A DNA stretch of 64,000 nucleotides from Candidatus Aenigmatarchaeota archaeon (lineage in GTDB: Archaea > Aenigmatarchaeota > Aenigmatarchaeia > Aenigmatarchaeales > Aenigmatarchaeaceae), in the NCBI GenBank assembly GCA_016933455.1, contig JAFGAZ010000004.1:9116-73115 (forward strand). The letters run 5' to 3'. The notes below the pieces were generated by a model, which had not been told where the DNA came from, did no database searches, and saw nothing but the letters and a program-made list of their open reading frames with translations. Each line of letters opens with the position of its first letter. Positions within the stretch are counted from its first letter, which is position 1. The position numbers and the translations under genes were made by a program. Positions 48,020 to 56,954 of this stretch are shown piece after piece.

Positions 48020-48945
48020 TTTGCTCTCCTGTAAATTATTATCGAAACAATTAATATCAATATTATTAGAATAAAAATTGTCATGTCGCCTTCCTGCTTA
48101 ATTGCCATTGTCGTTGCTTTTGAAAGCGTTATCTTGGAGCTCTTTTCTATTTCGCCTGTTCCATAATCTATTATAGTGTAAACATCGTAATCTTCTGCTT
48201 CTATTCCTTTTGTCGATAGTATGCCCTTGAAAGTGGCTATTTGCTTGGGTTCTATGTATTTTTTTGCCAGCTGAAGCTCGCCTACAAGGTTGCCTTCTTT
48301 GTCATACAGTCTCTGCAGCCCCTTGGCTGAAATAGTTACAGAACCTGTGTTTTGGAAATATGTCTTAATTTCCACAGAATTTTCATTATCATTTCCCAAT
48401 TCAACATCAAGTATTGCCCCTTTCCTTACAGCGTCTCCCGGCACTTTGAACATGACTTTTACAGAAGTTATGGCAACAACTTTGCTTCCCACATTGCCTA
48501 TGTCGCCTTGGTCGGAAAGCGGTATCGGCTTTATCTTAAACATGTGATCCCCAGGCTCCGCATCCCTTGGTATTTTTAAAAGAAAGCTAACCTTCCTGTG
48601 GCTGTTTATATTACCGCCTTCTGTTTCCAAGACATCGTATTCGGGTTCTAGTTCCACTGGATTGTTTATTATGTCAATCCATGATAAAACGTTCTCTTCG
48701 GAAAAGTTGTTCTTTAAGGCTACTGTGTCGAAAATAACTGTTTCCGGCTCTAGTTGCACAAGCAAGGTTTCTTCTGATGCTGTTACTATGTAGAAATCTA
48801 CTACTTCTGTCGTACCCGGAACCACTTGGCCCATGTTAAATGAGCCTGGAGAAACGCCTACATTTGCTGCCCCTACCATAATTGGGATAAATAGCAAAAA
48901 GACAAAGGAAAAAATTATGCAAGTTCCCAAAGAACGCGGTTTCAT
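48016..48945 (-). CDS. Secreted protein, 309 aa, with a C-terminal TM anchor.
   Basis: Signal peptide (IIFSFVFLLFIPIMVGAA) and C-terminal FILIILILIVSIIIYRRAK. Confidence 0.65.
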   Translation of the reverse strand: MKPRSLGTCIIFSFVFLLFIPIMVGAANVGVSPGSFNMGQVVPGTTEVVDFYIVTASEETLLVQLEPETVIFDTVALKNNFSEENVLSWIDIINNPVELEPEYDVLETEGGNINSHRKVSFLLKIPRDAEPGDHMFKIKPIPLSDQGDIGNVGSKVVAITSVKVMFKVPGDAVRKGAILDVELGNDNENSVEIKTYFQNTGSVTISAKGLQRLYDKEGNLVGELQLAKKYIEPKQIATFKGILSTKGIEAEDYDVYTIIDYGTGEIEKSSKITLSKATTMAIKQEGDMTIFILIILILIVSIIIYRRAK

Positions 48946-48986
48946 AAGATTTTATTGTGGCTATAACAATATAATAATATTTATAT

Positions 48987-49009
48987 AGCGGGTTAATGAA
49001 AATAATATT
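48987..49009. promoter_or_regulatory. Inverted repeat GGTTAAT-n9-ATTAACC in the divergent promoter gap between 48945 (-) and 49022 (+).
   Basis: Read directly as ggttaatgaaaataatattaacc. Confidence 0.35.
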
Positions 49010-49021
49010 AACCTTATATGG

Positions 49022-49921
49022 GTGTGTATAATGAAAAAAATGAAATTATTGATTTTTGGCGCAGTTTTATCTGCTTTTTTTGTTTTATTCGCTTTTAGTT
49101 TGGTTGCAATGCCAGCGTTCGCAGATTCAAGCGACACTGTTACTGTTGACGTAAATGTCTCAGAAGCATCTTCTATCACAGTGCTTCCAGCCACCCTTAA
49201 TTGGACAGACATAGCTTCGGGACAAGCCGGTGGTACAAAATACCTCAACATAAAAAACACGGGTTCTTTGAACGTATCTGAAATATACGCATATGTTGAT
49301 ACGCTGATTACAGAGCCTGTAAGACCATACGGTCTTGCATACCCAACCAACTATTCTGCGGGAAGCGTCATAACACTCAAGAACGAGACTGATACTGGTT
49401 ATTATTTTGCAGGAAGAATAGAGTGGAACTGGACACAAGATATTCCAAACAATGATTGGTCCGCAGTAACAGACCCTGTTGCATGGGGTTACTTTAGAAA
49501 TGCGAGCAGTGATTATGTTTGGGTTCTTGGAAACGGAACAACAGGCTGCAACGATACAGATGCAGAATTTGCAGTAGAGTATGATGTTGACTTGGGTACA
49601 ACTGCAACAAGAACCCCCGAGTCTATTGGGGCAGCGGATGATGGAGACGATGAATGGAGCTATTTCAGCGTTTCTGATGCAAGTTCCCCACTTGACACAT
49701 ATTGTGTGGCAGCGTACTATGACTGCACCAAGGTTTACATATACCACTATGACCAGAGAACATCTCCTAACTTTGCTGGTTGTGGCCTTTCAAGCTACTT
49801 GCAAGAAGCAAACCTAACCCCTGGTTACAGCATAATACTAGAAGTTGATGCTTGGGTGCCTTCCGGTTATCCATCAGGATACCTGAACACCACAACCCTA
49901 ACAGTCTACGCTTCTTCGTAG
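49022..49921 (+). CDS. Secreted protein, 299 aa. It is the only plus-strand gene in the surface locus.
   Basis: Signal peptide (AVLSAFFVLFAFSLVAMPAFA), many sequons, and no C-terminal TM. Confidence 0.6.
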   Translation: MCIMKKMKLLIFGAVLSAFFVLFAFSLVAMPAFADSSDTVTVDVNVSEASSITVLPATLNWTDIASGQAGGTKYLNIKNTGSLNVSEIYAYVDTLITEPVRPYGLAYPTNYSAGSVITLKNETDTGYYFAGRIEWNWTQDIPNNDWSAVTDPVAWGYFRNASSDYVWVLGNGTTGCNDTDAEFAVEYDVDLGTTATRTPESIGAADDGDDEWSYFSVSDASSPLDTYCVAAYYDCTKVYIYHYDQRTSPNFAGCGLSSYLQEANLTPGYSIILEVDAWVPSGYPSGYLNTTTLTVYASS

Positions 49922-49926
49922 TTGTT

Positions 49927-52900
49927 TTACTTTAACTTTTTCTCTATTTTACTCATCTTCTTCTCAAGGCTATCCTTCATTCTTGCATAGGTGCCTTCTG
50001 TTATCAGACCTTCGCTCTTTTCCTTGTCTAGGACTTTGATCATTCTGAATATCTTTTCCTTCTCTTTTTGAAGCATCTCAACTTCCGCATCGCTTTTTCC
50101 TGGTCTGTGGAAAGCTCCCTTGATTTTGGATAGCCTGTTTTTTAGAATACTTTTTAGTTTCTTCTTTCTTTGCAAATATACCAGAATTATGACGATTATG
50201 ATTATTGCTATTAAGCCTATGAAAATGAAAAGAAGCGACGAGAAAGTGTCTGGCTCCTCCATTTCCAGCATGTCCAAAAGGTCCCTTGCTCTTGATATGA
50301 GGCTAAGGGCGCTGCCTGTTTTTTCCATGCCAGCGTCTATGTCGTTGTTTTTCAGGTCCTTTTTGGCGTTTTCTATGTAGGATTCTATGGTGTCAACTAG
50401 TGTTTGGACATCCGATACGTCCTTTCCTTCCCTTTCAGCTACCCTGAGGTCTATTTTCAGCTCAATTAGGCTTTCCTCAACCATTGCTATCTCGGCTTCA
50501 AGAACTTCCTTTATCGAGCTAAAGATGTTTACCTCTATTGACTGCTGGTCGCTAACAACTCCTGATGTCACAAGCAGGCTGGCATCATAGTTTCCTGTGT
50601 TTGTGTTCTCGGGTATGTTGAACTCTACTAGGAATACTGAAGAATTGTCAGTTACAAGTTCATCGTATTTTGAAGGCGTTATGTTAAACCAGTTGGTCGG
50701 AACACCGAGAACAAAAAGGCTCACGTTATTTAGATCAACCCTTCCGCTGTTCTTTACAATCACTTTTTCTATTTTTGTAAAGCCTCTTGCAAGAGTTATG
50801 TTGTTGTTATAGCCTGTTATGAGTATGCTTGCATCGGTTTCCTGTGTTGGCTTTATAGCGTAATACGTCGGGGTATTTCCAACAGATGTCTGTGGTGGTG
50901 CGGGTGTTGTTCCTGCAGATGAGACGTAAAAAGTCACGTTAGCGTCTATGGGTGATTGGTATAGGCTGTATGTAACCTTGGCGTTTATGGTGTACGTTCC
51001 AAGAGGCTGGTCAGTGTATATGTATGCGTTTCTGGTAAAGCTGCTGTTGCTGTATGCTGGAGTTAAGACAGCCTCTGAAAATGAGTAGTAGCCATTTCCA
51101 GATTGGTCTGTTATGTTGTATATCACATAAACGTCTTGCGTCACCTCTCCTTTGTTTTCCAGAATTATCTCAAAGTCAAGATAGTCGCCCTGCGGGACCT
51201 CGTTTTCGAACAGGTTGAGCCTAACGTCGTAGGGACCTCCCTGTGAAACTCTGAATGCTTGTATCTTCATTGAGCTAAATGAGCCGTCAGAAACATTGAG
51301 TACAGCCATGTACATGCCTGTTGGTGTGCCAACACCCATTGCGTGCGAGTATGTATAGTATCCTGTTGCCTCTTTTGTAAGCGATGAAAGTGTTGTTGAA
51401 AAATAAAGGTTGTCTGCAGAATCGTAGACTGTCAGATTTATCTCGTCTGGGTCTATCGGTCTTCCCTCCCCGTTGTACACCAGCATGCCGAATTTCATTA
51501 TGTTGTTTGGATACCAAACAACAGATGTTTCAACATCAGCGAAAAGCCCTGTCACTGATATTGTCCTTGACTCTACATCGAAAGTGCTGTTTTTCTGTAG
51601 GTTCAGTGTCTGGTTTAGCACGTCTTCATAGAAGCTATAGTTGGTAAATAGCGTGTAGGTTCCTATGGGAGCGTCTGACTGTAAGGAGAACGTTGGCATG
51701 GGTGATATTGTTCCGTCAGAGTTGGACACGTTCTGCGAATAGTGTGTCAGGTTGCCATAAGGGTCTGTTATGTTAAAGGTTATGTTCGAATTGTTTATAC
51801 CCGTGCTGTTGGCATCCCTTAGCATAAAGTACAAGGAACCCGTGTCTCCCTGGTAGTACGTTCCTGCCAAAGGAGTTGACGTCACAAGCATTCTTTGGTA
51901 TATTGAAAAGTTAGTGCTGTAGTTGCCAAGGTTTCCTATGTTGTCCGAGCTGTATATGGAAACATTGTATATGCCTCTTTGGTTTGTGTTGCCAAGAGCT
52001 TCTGTGTAGTTTAGATACCATTGTGAAAAGTTTCCGCTTTCATTGAGTAGTGTCATGCTAGTGCTGCTTGAAAAGCTGTCGGGTTTTGTCACAGTTACAT
52101 TAAGCCACTTTATGCCGCTGTTTGACCTGTCTGTTAGGTTCACAAAGAACTCGACTGATTCGTTCTGCTCAGTGAAATTCGGGGTTATCAAAGTCTCCAT
52201 AAGCGGGGGAACATTGGGCAAAAGGTTTACTTGGAATGTTGCGTTGTCTGGTTGGGCGTCTGCCTGAGTTGCGTTAACCAAAAAAGTCGAGTTGAATATG
52301 GACGGCGATATGCCTGTTACGTTGTAAAGTATTGCCAACGTGTGATTGGAACTTCCGTTGACAGAGAATTCAGTTTCGTTTGCTGTTGTATAGTTGCCGT
52401 TTTCAGGGGAGACTGTGAAATTTATCACATCGTTTCCAATGTTCATTATCTCTATCTGGCACGCGGTTCCCTCTTCAGGCTCTTCTGCCTTTTCGCAGAA
52501 TGTGGGGTATAGTGTCCATGTTCTGTTTGAAAGCACGGTTATGTTTACCAATAAAGTGTCATAGTCTCCGTTGCCTGCAGAAACGTTCAAAGTTGCGTTG
52601 TAAACACCTGCTGGATAGCTAAGAGGTACTGTTGCATTCAATGAAACAGAGCTGTTATCATCTACATCAATGCTTGAGATGCTAGATGGCGTGAATTCTA
52701 AAGTAAAGTTATCGCACACGTCTCCGGAGATGCAACTAAATGCAATATTTTGCAAGGCGTCGTTTCCAATTGAAAGAACCGTAAAGTTGCTAATGTATGA
52801 TTCCTCTGCATCTGTTGCGCTTCCTGAAATGGTAATTTCACTTACGTTTATTTTGGGATTTGAAGCTACTGTTACGTTTAGGGTTGTTGTGTTAGAACCA

Positions 52901-55782
52901 GTGGAATCGTCGGGATTTGTCCAGTTGGAGCTTACATTTATGTAATAATTTCCTGTGGATGTTGCGTTGGGAACGGTTATGTTGAAAGCCTTTGTGCAAA
53001 CCTGGTCCTTTGTTATGTTGTCGCAATTTTCAATGCTAATGTTTGATGACCAGCCAATGGGCAACTGGATGCTCATGTTGGTGTCCCTGGCACTTCCGTT
53101 GCCTATGTTTTGCAAAGTGCTTTCAAAAAGGAAAGTCTGACTGTCAGCTTTTGATATATTGTAGACAGTTTGATTGTTGGGAGTTAGCAACATACTTAGA
53201 TTTGTTTCTGTTGGTATTGTGACAAACAAAAATATGGTGTCGTAACCGTTGTTTTCCGATGAGACGTTGACTGTTCCGTTATAAGTCCCAACAGCATAGC
53301 CTAACGGTACAGTTATGTTAACAGAAACAGACCCGTTTTCGTTGACATTAATTTGCGATATGTTCGCTGGTTCGAATTCTGCTGTAAAGTCATTGCAAAC
53401 CGTTCCTTCATAGCAATCGAAACTTATGTTCTGCAAGGCATCATTTCCAATCGAAAGAACCGTAAAGTTGCCGATGTAGTTTTCATAACCGTCTGCAACT
53501 TCCGTTGTTATGTTGTTTTCGAATATTCCTGTTCTTGGATTCGAAACTACTGTTACATTTATTGTTGTTAGATTGTTTCCAAGGGAGCTGTCAGGGTTGG
53601 TCCATTCGGAGCTTACGTTTATGTAGTAGTTTCCAGGAGACGTTGCGTTCGGTACTGTTATGTTGAAAGCCTTTGTGCAGTTCCCGTTCTTGTATATGTC
53701 ACCGCAATCCTGAACTAAAAAGTCCGCATCCCATCCTGCCAGAAGCTGAAGACTTATGTTCGATGAATATGCGGTTCCGTTGCCTATGTTTGTGGCATTT
53801 GCTGTTATCGAGAAGCTGTCGTTTTCATAAAGACTCACGTTGCTAACGCTTGTTTCCGAAGGGTAACTTGTTATGCTCATGTTTGTACCTGCTGTTTCCG
53901 AAGTGAAAGTTTCGCTGTCGTTTCCAAAGTTGCCGTATTTCGTGGCATTACAAATAAGAACATAGTCCCCTATTACAGGGGAGGTAAAATTGATAGAATA
54001 TGTCCCGTTTCCATGGTCTGTTTTGTTCAAAACTTCCGTGGAATTGTAGGAACAGTTTATTTGCGCGCCTGTTATATAGCTGCTAAGATTGTAGTTTCTT
54101 ACATCTATGCTGGCAAACACAAATGCGTTTTCTATTGGATTTTGATTTTCTATTGCCAATGTCACGTTAAAAATGTCTGTGACATTGAAGTTGTACAAAG
54201 TATAATTTAGGAACTCGCTCGAACTTGTGTATGTTGTTATATTTATTTGCCATTCTGTTACATTGGCATTGTTTGGTATGTCAATTGTGTTTGCAAATAG
54301 TTTATCATCGGCAGAACCATCGTCATGGGACCCGTCGTCATAAAGAATTATGGTGACATCATCGCCTGTGTCAGTAGTTCCCATGTCTATTGTTGCGTTC
54401 ATGTACTCTGTTAGGTTGTACGGGTCACCGCTTCCAAGGTCTCCTATTATTAGTGCTGTCTCGTTCCTGTTGAAAATAGTTGCGTTGCTTGAAGGCGCGT
54501 TGTTTACATACCAGAGTTCTGGAAGCGACTGTGTGATAACTATGGGGTTTGCGTACCTGTCCTTTATGTTGAGGAACTCTGTAACAGCGTCACCTCCTCC
54601 AGCTCCTGCAAAGTATATCAAAGACACTTGCTCTATGTACGAGTCCGCTGAAATTGTGGTATTGCTAAGCTCTATGCCAACCCTGCCGTTCAACGAGCTG
54701 CTTTCGTTGGCAAAGTAGTTTGAAGTTCCCGTCTGGTTCATGTTTATTATACCAACAAGCTCTCCGCCAATACCTGAAGCCCAAGACCATGAATAGGGGT
54801 TTGTTGTATCCCCATCCTGGTTGTTTATCAAACCCGAGTTGAATGTTCGGTTTACATCAAGCGCTAGCGCGCCTGATATGGTCGAGTTTCTCTGCACAGA
54901 ATATCCTGCGCTGTTGGTCACTCTTTGAACAACTTTTATGAAAGTACCTCTTGACTGGGGACCTGCGTTGTTGTAAACATAATATTTTTTGGTCAAGTTT
55001 GCTTCCCCTGTCTGTTGTGAAGGGCTATTGAAAATAACTTCGTTTCCGTTTTGCACAACCGTTACACGAACATCACCTTCAACAAAGGATGCACTCCCTA
55101 TCAAATTGAAAGACGTGTTGTGCGTCCCATTAAAGTATTCAATGTATTCTGTAGTTTTTTCAGAAATGTCAGAACTAAATATTACGTTGTCGTACTTGTC
55201 TTGGGATCTGTATATACCTGACGTGTTTTCAGCCCTGTTGGTATCCATGAAAAATCTCATAAAGCTGTTATTAACAGAAAACATCTGCCCATCCCAGCCG
55301 TAGGAAAGGTTAGTAGGATACGAAGCCTCGTCCTTTGGACCGTTGGAAGATGTGTCGTAATAAATATAGAATGTCCTGTTCGTGTCGGCACTGCTTGTCC
55401 CGTTCATTAGGAAGACCAAAGTCCCAACAGCGTTGCTGGAAGCGTCAAAATCTTCTGCTTGATCAAACTGGCATGGGACCTCATACAATATGCTTCCAGC
55501 CTGTGAGTATTCTATGACTCTTGTTGAGTTTATGTCAAACGTGCCTGAAGGAATTAGGTCGGTAAAGTTAACATCATACTCCACAGGCCAGTTCTCTCTT
55601 TCATACTGAACAGAATTTATGTCAAGCCTTGCCCTGTAATTCCAGGAAACATTCCACCATTCCGCATCCGTTGGCTGCCCAAAGCCTATGAACATGCCTG
55701 TTATGCCAGAACCTAGAATGTAAAAAGCAGCTGCAGATGTAACGAATATAGCTAAAACTACAAAAATAGCTGCTTTTTCCAT
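49927..55782 (-). CDS. Giant cell-surface protein, 1951 aa. It has an N-terminal signal/TM, a highly N-X-S/T-rich beta-rich ectodomain with a tandemly duplicated ~235-aa module, a coiled-coil stalk, a TM anchor and a ~75-aa cytoplasmic tail with a SHOCT-like motif.
   Basis: Near-identical internal repeats (CTKAFNITVPNATS[PT]GNYYINVSS[EN]WTNPD, FTVLSIGNDALQNI.F.C..G.VC.[DN]FT). C-terminal TM FIFIGLIAIIIIVIILVYL followed by QRKKK. The tail contains EGLITEGTYARMKDSLEKK. Confidence 0.8.
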   Translation of the reverse strand: MEKAAIFVVLAIFVTSAAAFYILGSGITGMFIGFGQPTDAEWWNVSWNYRARLDINSVQYERENWPVEYDVNFTDLIPSGTFDINSTRVIEYSQAGSILYEVPCQFDQAEDFDASSNAVGTLVFLMNGTSSADTNRTFYIYYDTSSNGPKDEASYPTNLSYGWDGQMFSVNNSFMRFFMDTNRAENTSGIYRSQDKYDNVIFSSDISEKTTEYIEYFNGTHNTSFNLIGSASFVEGDVRVTVVQNGNEVIFNSPSQQTGEANLTKKYYVYNNAGPQSRGTFIKVVQRVTNSAGYSVQRNSTISGALALDVNRTFNSGLINNQDGDTTNPYSWSWASGIGGELVGIINMNQTGTSNYFANESSSLNGRVGIELSNTTISADSYIEQVSLIYFAGAGGGDAVTEFLNIKDRYANPIVITQSLPELWYVNNAPSSNATIFNRNETALIIGDLGSGDPYNLTEYMNATIDMGTTDTGDDVTIILYDDGSHDDGSADDKLFANTIDIPNNANVTEWQINITTYTSSSEFLNYTLYNFNVTDIFNVTLAIENQNPIENAFVFASIDVRNYNLSSYITGAQINCSYNSTEVLNKTDHGNGTYSINFTSPVIGDYVLICNATKYGNFGNDSETFTSETAGTNMSITSYPSETSVSNVSLYENDSFSITANATNIGNGTAYSSNISLQLLAGWDADFLVQDCGDIYKNGNCTKAFNITVPNATSPGNYYINVSSEWTNPDSSLGNNLTTINVTVVSNPRTGIFENNITTEVADGYENYIGNFTVLSIGNDALQNISFDCYEGTVCNDFTAEFEPANISQINVNENGSVSVNITVPLGYAVGTYNGTVNVSSENNGYDTIFLFVTIPTETNLSMLLTPNNQTVYNISKADSQTFLFESTLQNIGNGSARDTNMSIQLPIGWSSNISIENCDNITKDQVCTKAFNITVPNATSTGNYYINVSSNWTNPDDSTGSNTTTLNVTVASNPKINVSEITISGSATDAEESYISNFTVLSIGNDALQNIAFSCISGDVCDNFTLEFTPSSISSIDVDDNSSVSLNATVPLSYPAGVYNATLNVSAGNGDYDTLLVNITVLSNRTWTLYPTFCEKAEEPEEGTACQIEIMNIGNDVINFTVSPENGNYTTANETEFSVNGSSNHTLAILYNVTGISPSIFNSTFLVNATQADAQPDNATFQVNLLPNVPPLMETLITPNFTEQNESVEFFVNLTDRSNSGIKWLNVTVTKPDSFSSSTSMTLLNESGNFSQWYLNYTEALGNTNQRGIYNVSIYSSDNIGNLGNYSTNFSIYQRMLVTSTPLAGTYYQGDTGSLYFMLRDANSTGINNSNITFNITDPYGNLTHYSQNVSNSDGTISPMPTFSLQSDAPIGTYTLFTNYSFYEDVLNQTLNLQKNSTFDVESRTISVTGLFADVETSVVWYPNNIMKFGMLVYNGEGRPIDPDEINLTVYDSADNLYFSTTLSSLTKEATGYYTYSHAMGVGTPTGMYMAVLNVSDGSFSSMKIQAFRVSQGGPYDVRLNLFENEVPQGDYLDFEIILENKGEVTQDVYVIYNITDQSGNGYYSFSEAVLTPAYSNSSFTRNAYIYTDQPLGTYTINAKVTYSLYQSPIDANVTFYVSSAGTTPAPPQTSVGNTPTYYAIKPTQETDASILITGYNNNITLARGFTKIEKVIVKNSGRVDLNNVSLFVLGVPTNWFNITPSKYDELVTDNSSVFLVEFNIPENTNTGNYDASLLVTSGVVSDQQSIEVNIFSSIKEVLEAEIAMVEESLIELKIDLRVAEREGKDVSDVQTLVDTIESYIENAKKDLKNNDIDAGMEKTGSALSLISRARDLLDMLEMEEPDTFSSLLFIFIGLIAIIIIVIILVYLQRKKKLKSILKNRLSKIKGAFHRPGKSDAEVEMLQKEKEKIFRMIKVLDKEKSEGLITEGTYARMKDSLEKKMSKIEKKLK

Positions 55783-55823
55783 AATAGATTATTGAATGTT
55801 ATATAAAAAAACTAAGAGAAGCT

Positions 55824-56306
55824 CTATTCTAAACCGAAAATGTCGAATTGCACGTTGCTTTTCATGTAAGAAGAAGCCATGTAGTATTCCCCTGCTGTTA
55901 TTGAGCTAAAGCCAAATAACATCATCGGATATGCTGCAATTCCAAGGCTTGCCAAACCCATGTCCAAGGCGCTGAAAATAAAGGATAGCCCGAAAACCAC
56001 CATGAACATGTTCCTTCCCGGTGTTTTCATTGACAGGAAAAGAAGACCAAAACAAGAAGTCATCAAAAGGCCGCTAAGATAAAAAAGAGTCTGGTTCATG
56101 CCGTTTGCGCATATCATTTCAGTGTAAGGCCCCTCCAGCATGGAATTCAAAAGAACTGCCTTTCCCTGCTCGCAACCCATAAGATAGCCTGCCCCAAGAT
56201 GTGTTATTTCGTGTATAGATATTAGTGCGAAAAACACTGTCACATTGAGCAATATTATACTTAATATTTTCCTTTTCATGGGCTCACGAGAAGTAGTTAA
56301 ATACAA
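55824..56306 (-). CDS. Small polytopic membrane protein with an HExxH motif, a putative intramembrane metalloprotease.
   Basis: IHEITHLGAGYLMGCE lies at the end of the first TM helix, with four to five TM helices overall and 160 aa total. Confidence 0.5.
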   Translation of the reverse strand: MYLTTSREPMKRKILSIILLNVTVFFALISIHEITHLGAGYLMGCEQGKAVLLNSMLEGPYTEMICANGMNQTLFYLSGLLMTSCFGLLFLSMKTPGRNMFMVVFGLSFIFSALDMGLASLGIAAYPMMLFGFSSITAGEYYMASSYMKSNVQFDIFGLE

Positions 56307-56332
56307 AATTATTTAAACCCATTACGAAAAGG

Positions 56333-56629
56333 CTATATTTCAACCCTTTCAATGACTTTCTTGACAGCCTCTATTTTCCTAATAGCCCTTTTTATCTCAA
56401 AGTTTATGTTTTTTTCCAGCTTTTTGCGCTCTTTTTGCAGGCTCTTTTCCTTGCCTTTGTATCTGCTTTCTGAAAGAGCGCCCTCTGAGAACGCTTTTGT
56501 ATTTTCCTTTATCTTTGTATCAAGAAAAAGAAGCTCTTCCTGAGAAATCTTTATTCTAGAGCTTAGTGAGACTATCTCTTCCAAGCCGTTTTCTATGCTG
56601 TTTAGCTTTATTTTCTTTACAACAGACAT
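56333..56629 (-). CDS. Small helical protein, 98 aa, with a SHOCT-like motif.
   Basis: SEGALSESRYKGKEKSLQKERKKL segment. It is paralogous to the adjacent 106-aa ORF. Confidence 0.5.
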   Translation of the reverse strand: MSVVKKIKLNSIENGLEEIVSLSSRIKISQEELLFLDTKIKENTKAFSEGALSESRYKGKEKSLQKERKKLEKNINFEIKRAIRKIEAVKKVIERVEI

Positions 56630-56950
56630 CTATTTCTTCCCCTTTGCCTTCTTCTCTTTTTTCACAGCACTGCATTCCTGCTTCTCAACCTCGCTTTTTA
56701 TGTTGACTAGCATGTCCACATTGGTTTTCAGCAGCGTCTTTATGCTCTTTATTATGCTTACGCTTTTTCTTTTCAGGCTCTTTTCGTTTGCATTGAATTT
56801 GTTTTTTGAAAGCCTGCCGCGTTCAAATTCCTTGTTATTTTGGTATATCGAATTTAGCATGCCTTCTAGCTCGGTTTGAAGAATGCTTATTTCGAACGAA
56901 TTCTCGAAAATTTGTCTTGCTGTTTCCTCGATTCTTTTTTGGTTAATCAT
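56630..56950 (-). CDS. Small helical protein, 106 aa, with a SHOCT-like motif.
   Basis: ERGRLSKNKFNANEKSLKRK segment. Its stop abuts the next gene's start (56629/56630). Confidence 0.5.
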   Translation of the reverse strand: MINQKRIEETARQIFENSFEISILQTELEGMLNSIYQNNKEFERGRLSKNKFNANEKSLKRKSVSIIKSIKTLLKTNVDMLVNIKSEVEKQECSAVKKEKKAKGKK

Positions 56951-56954
56951 GAAA

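Noticed and set aside
48961-49350. Minus-strand 129-aa ORF overlapping the start of the 49022..49921 gene.
   Set aside because: It is antisense to a gene with a clear signal peptide and has no promoter motif of its own.
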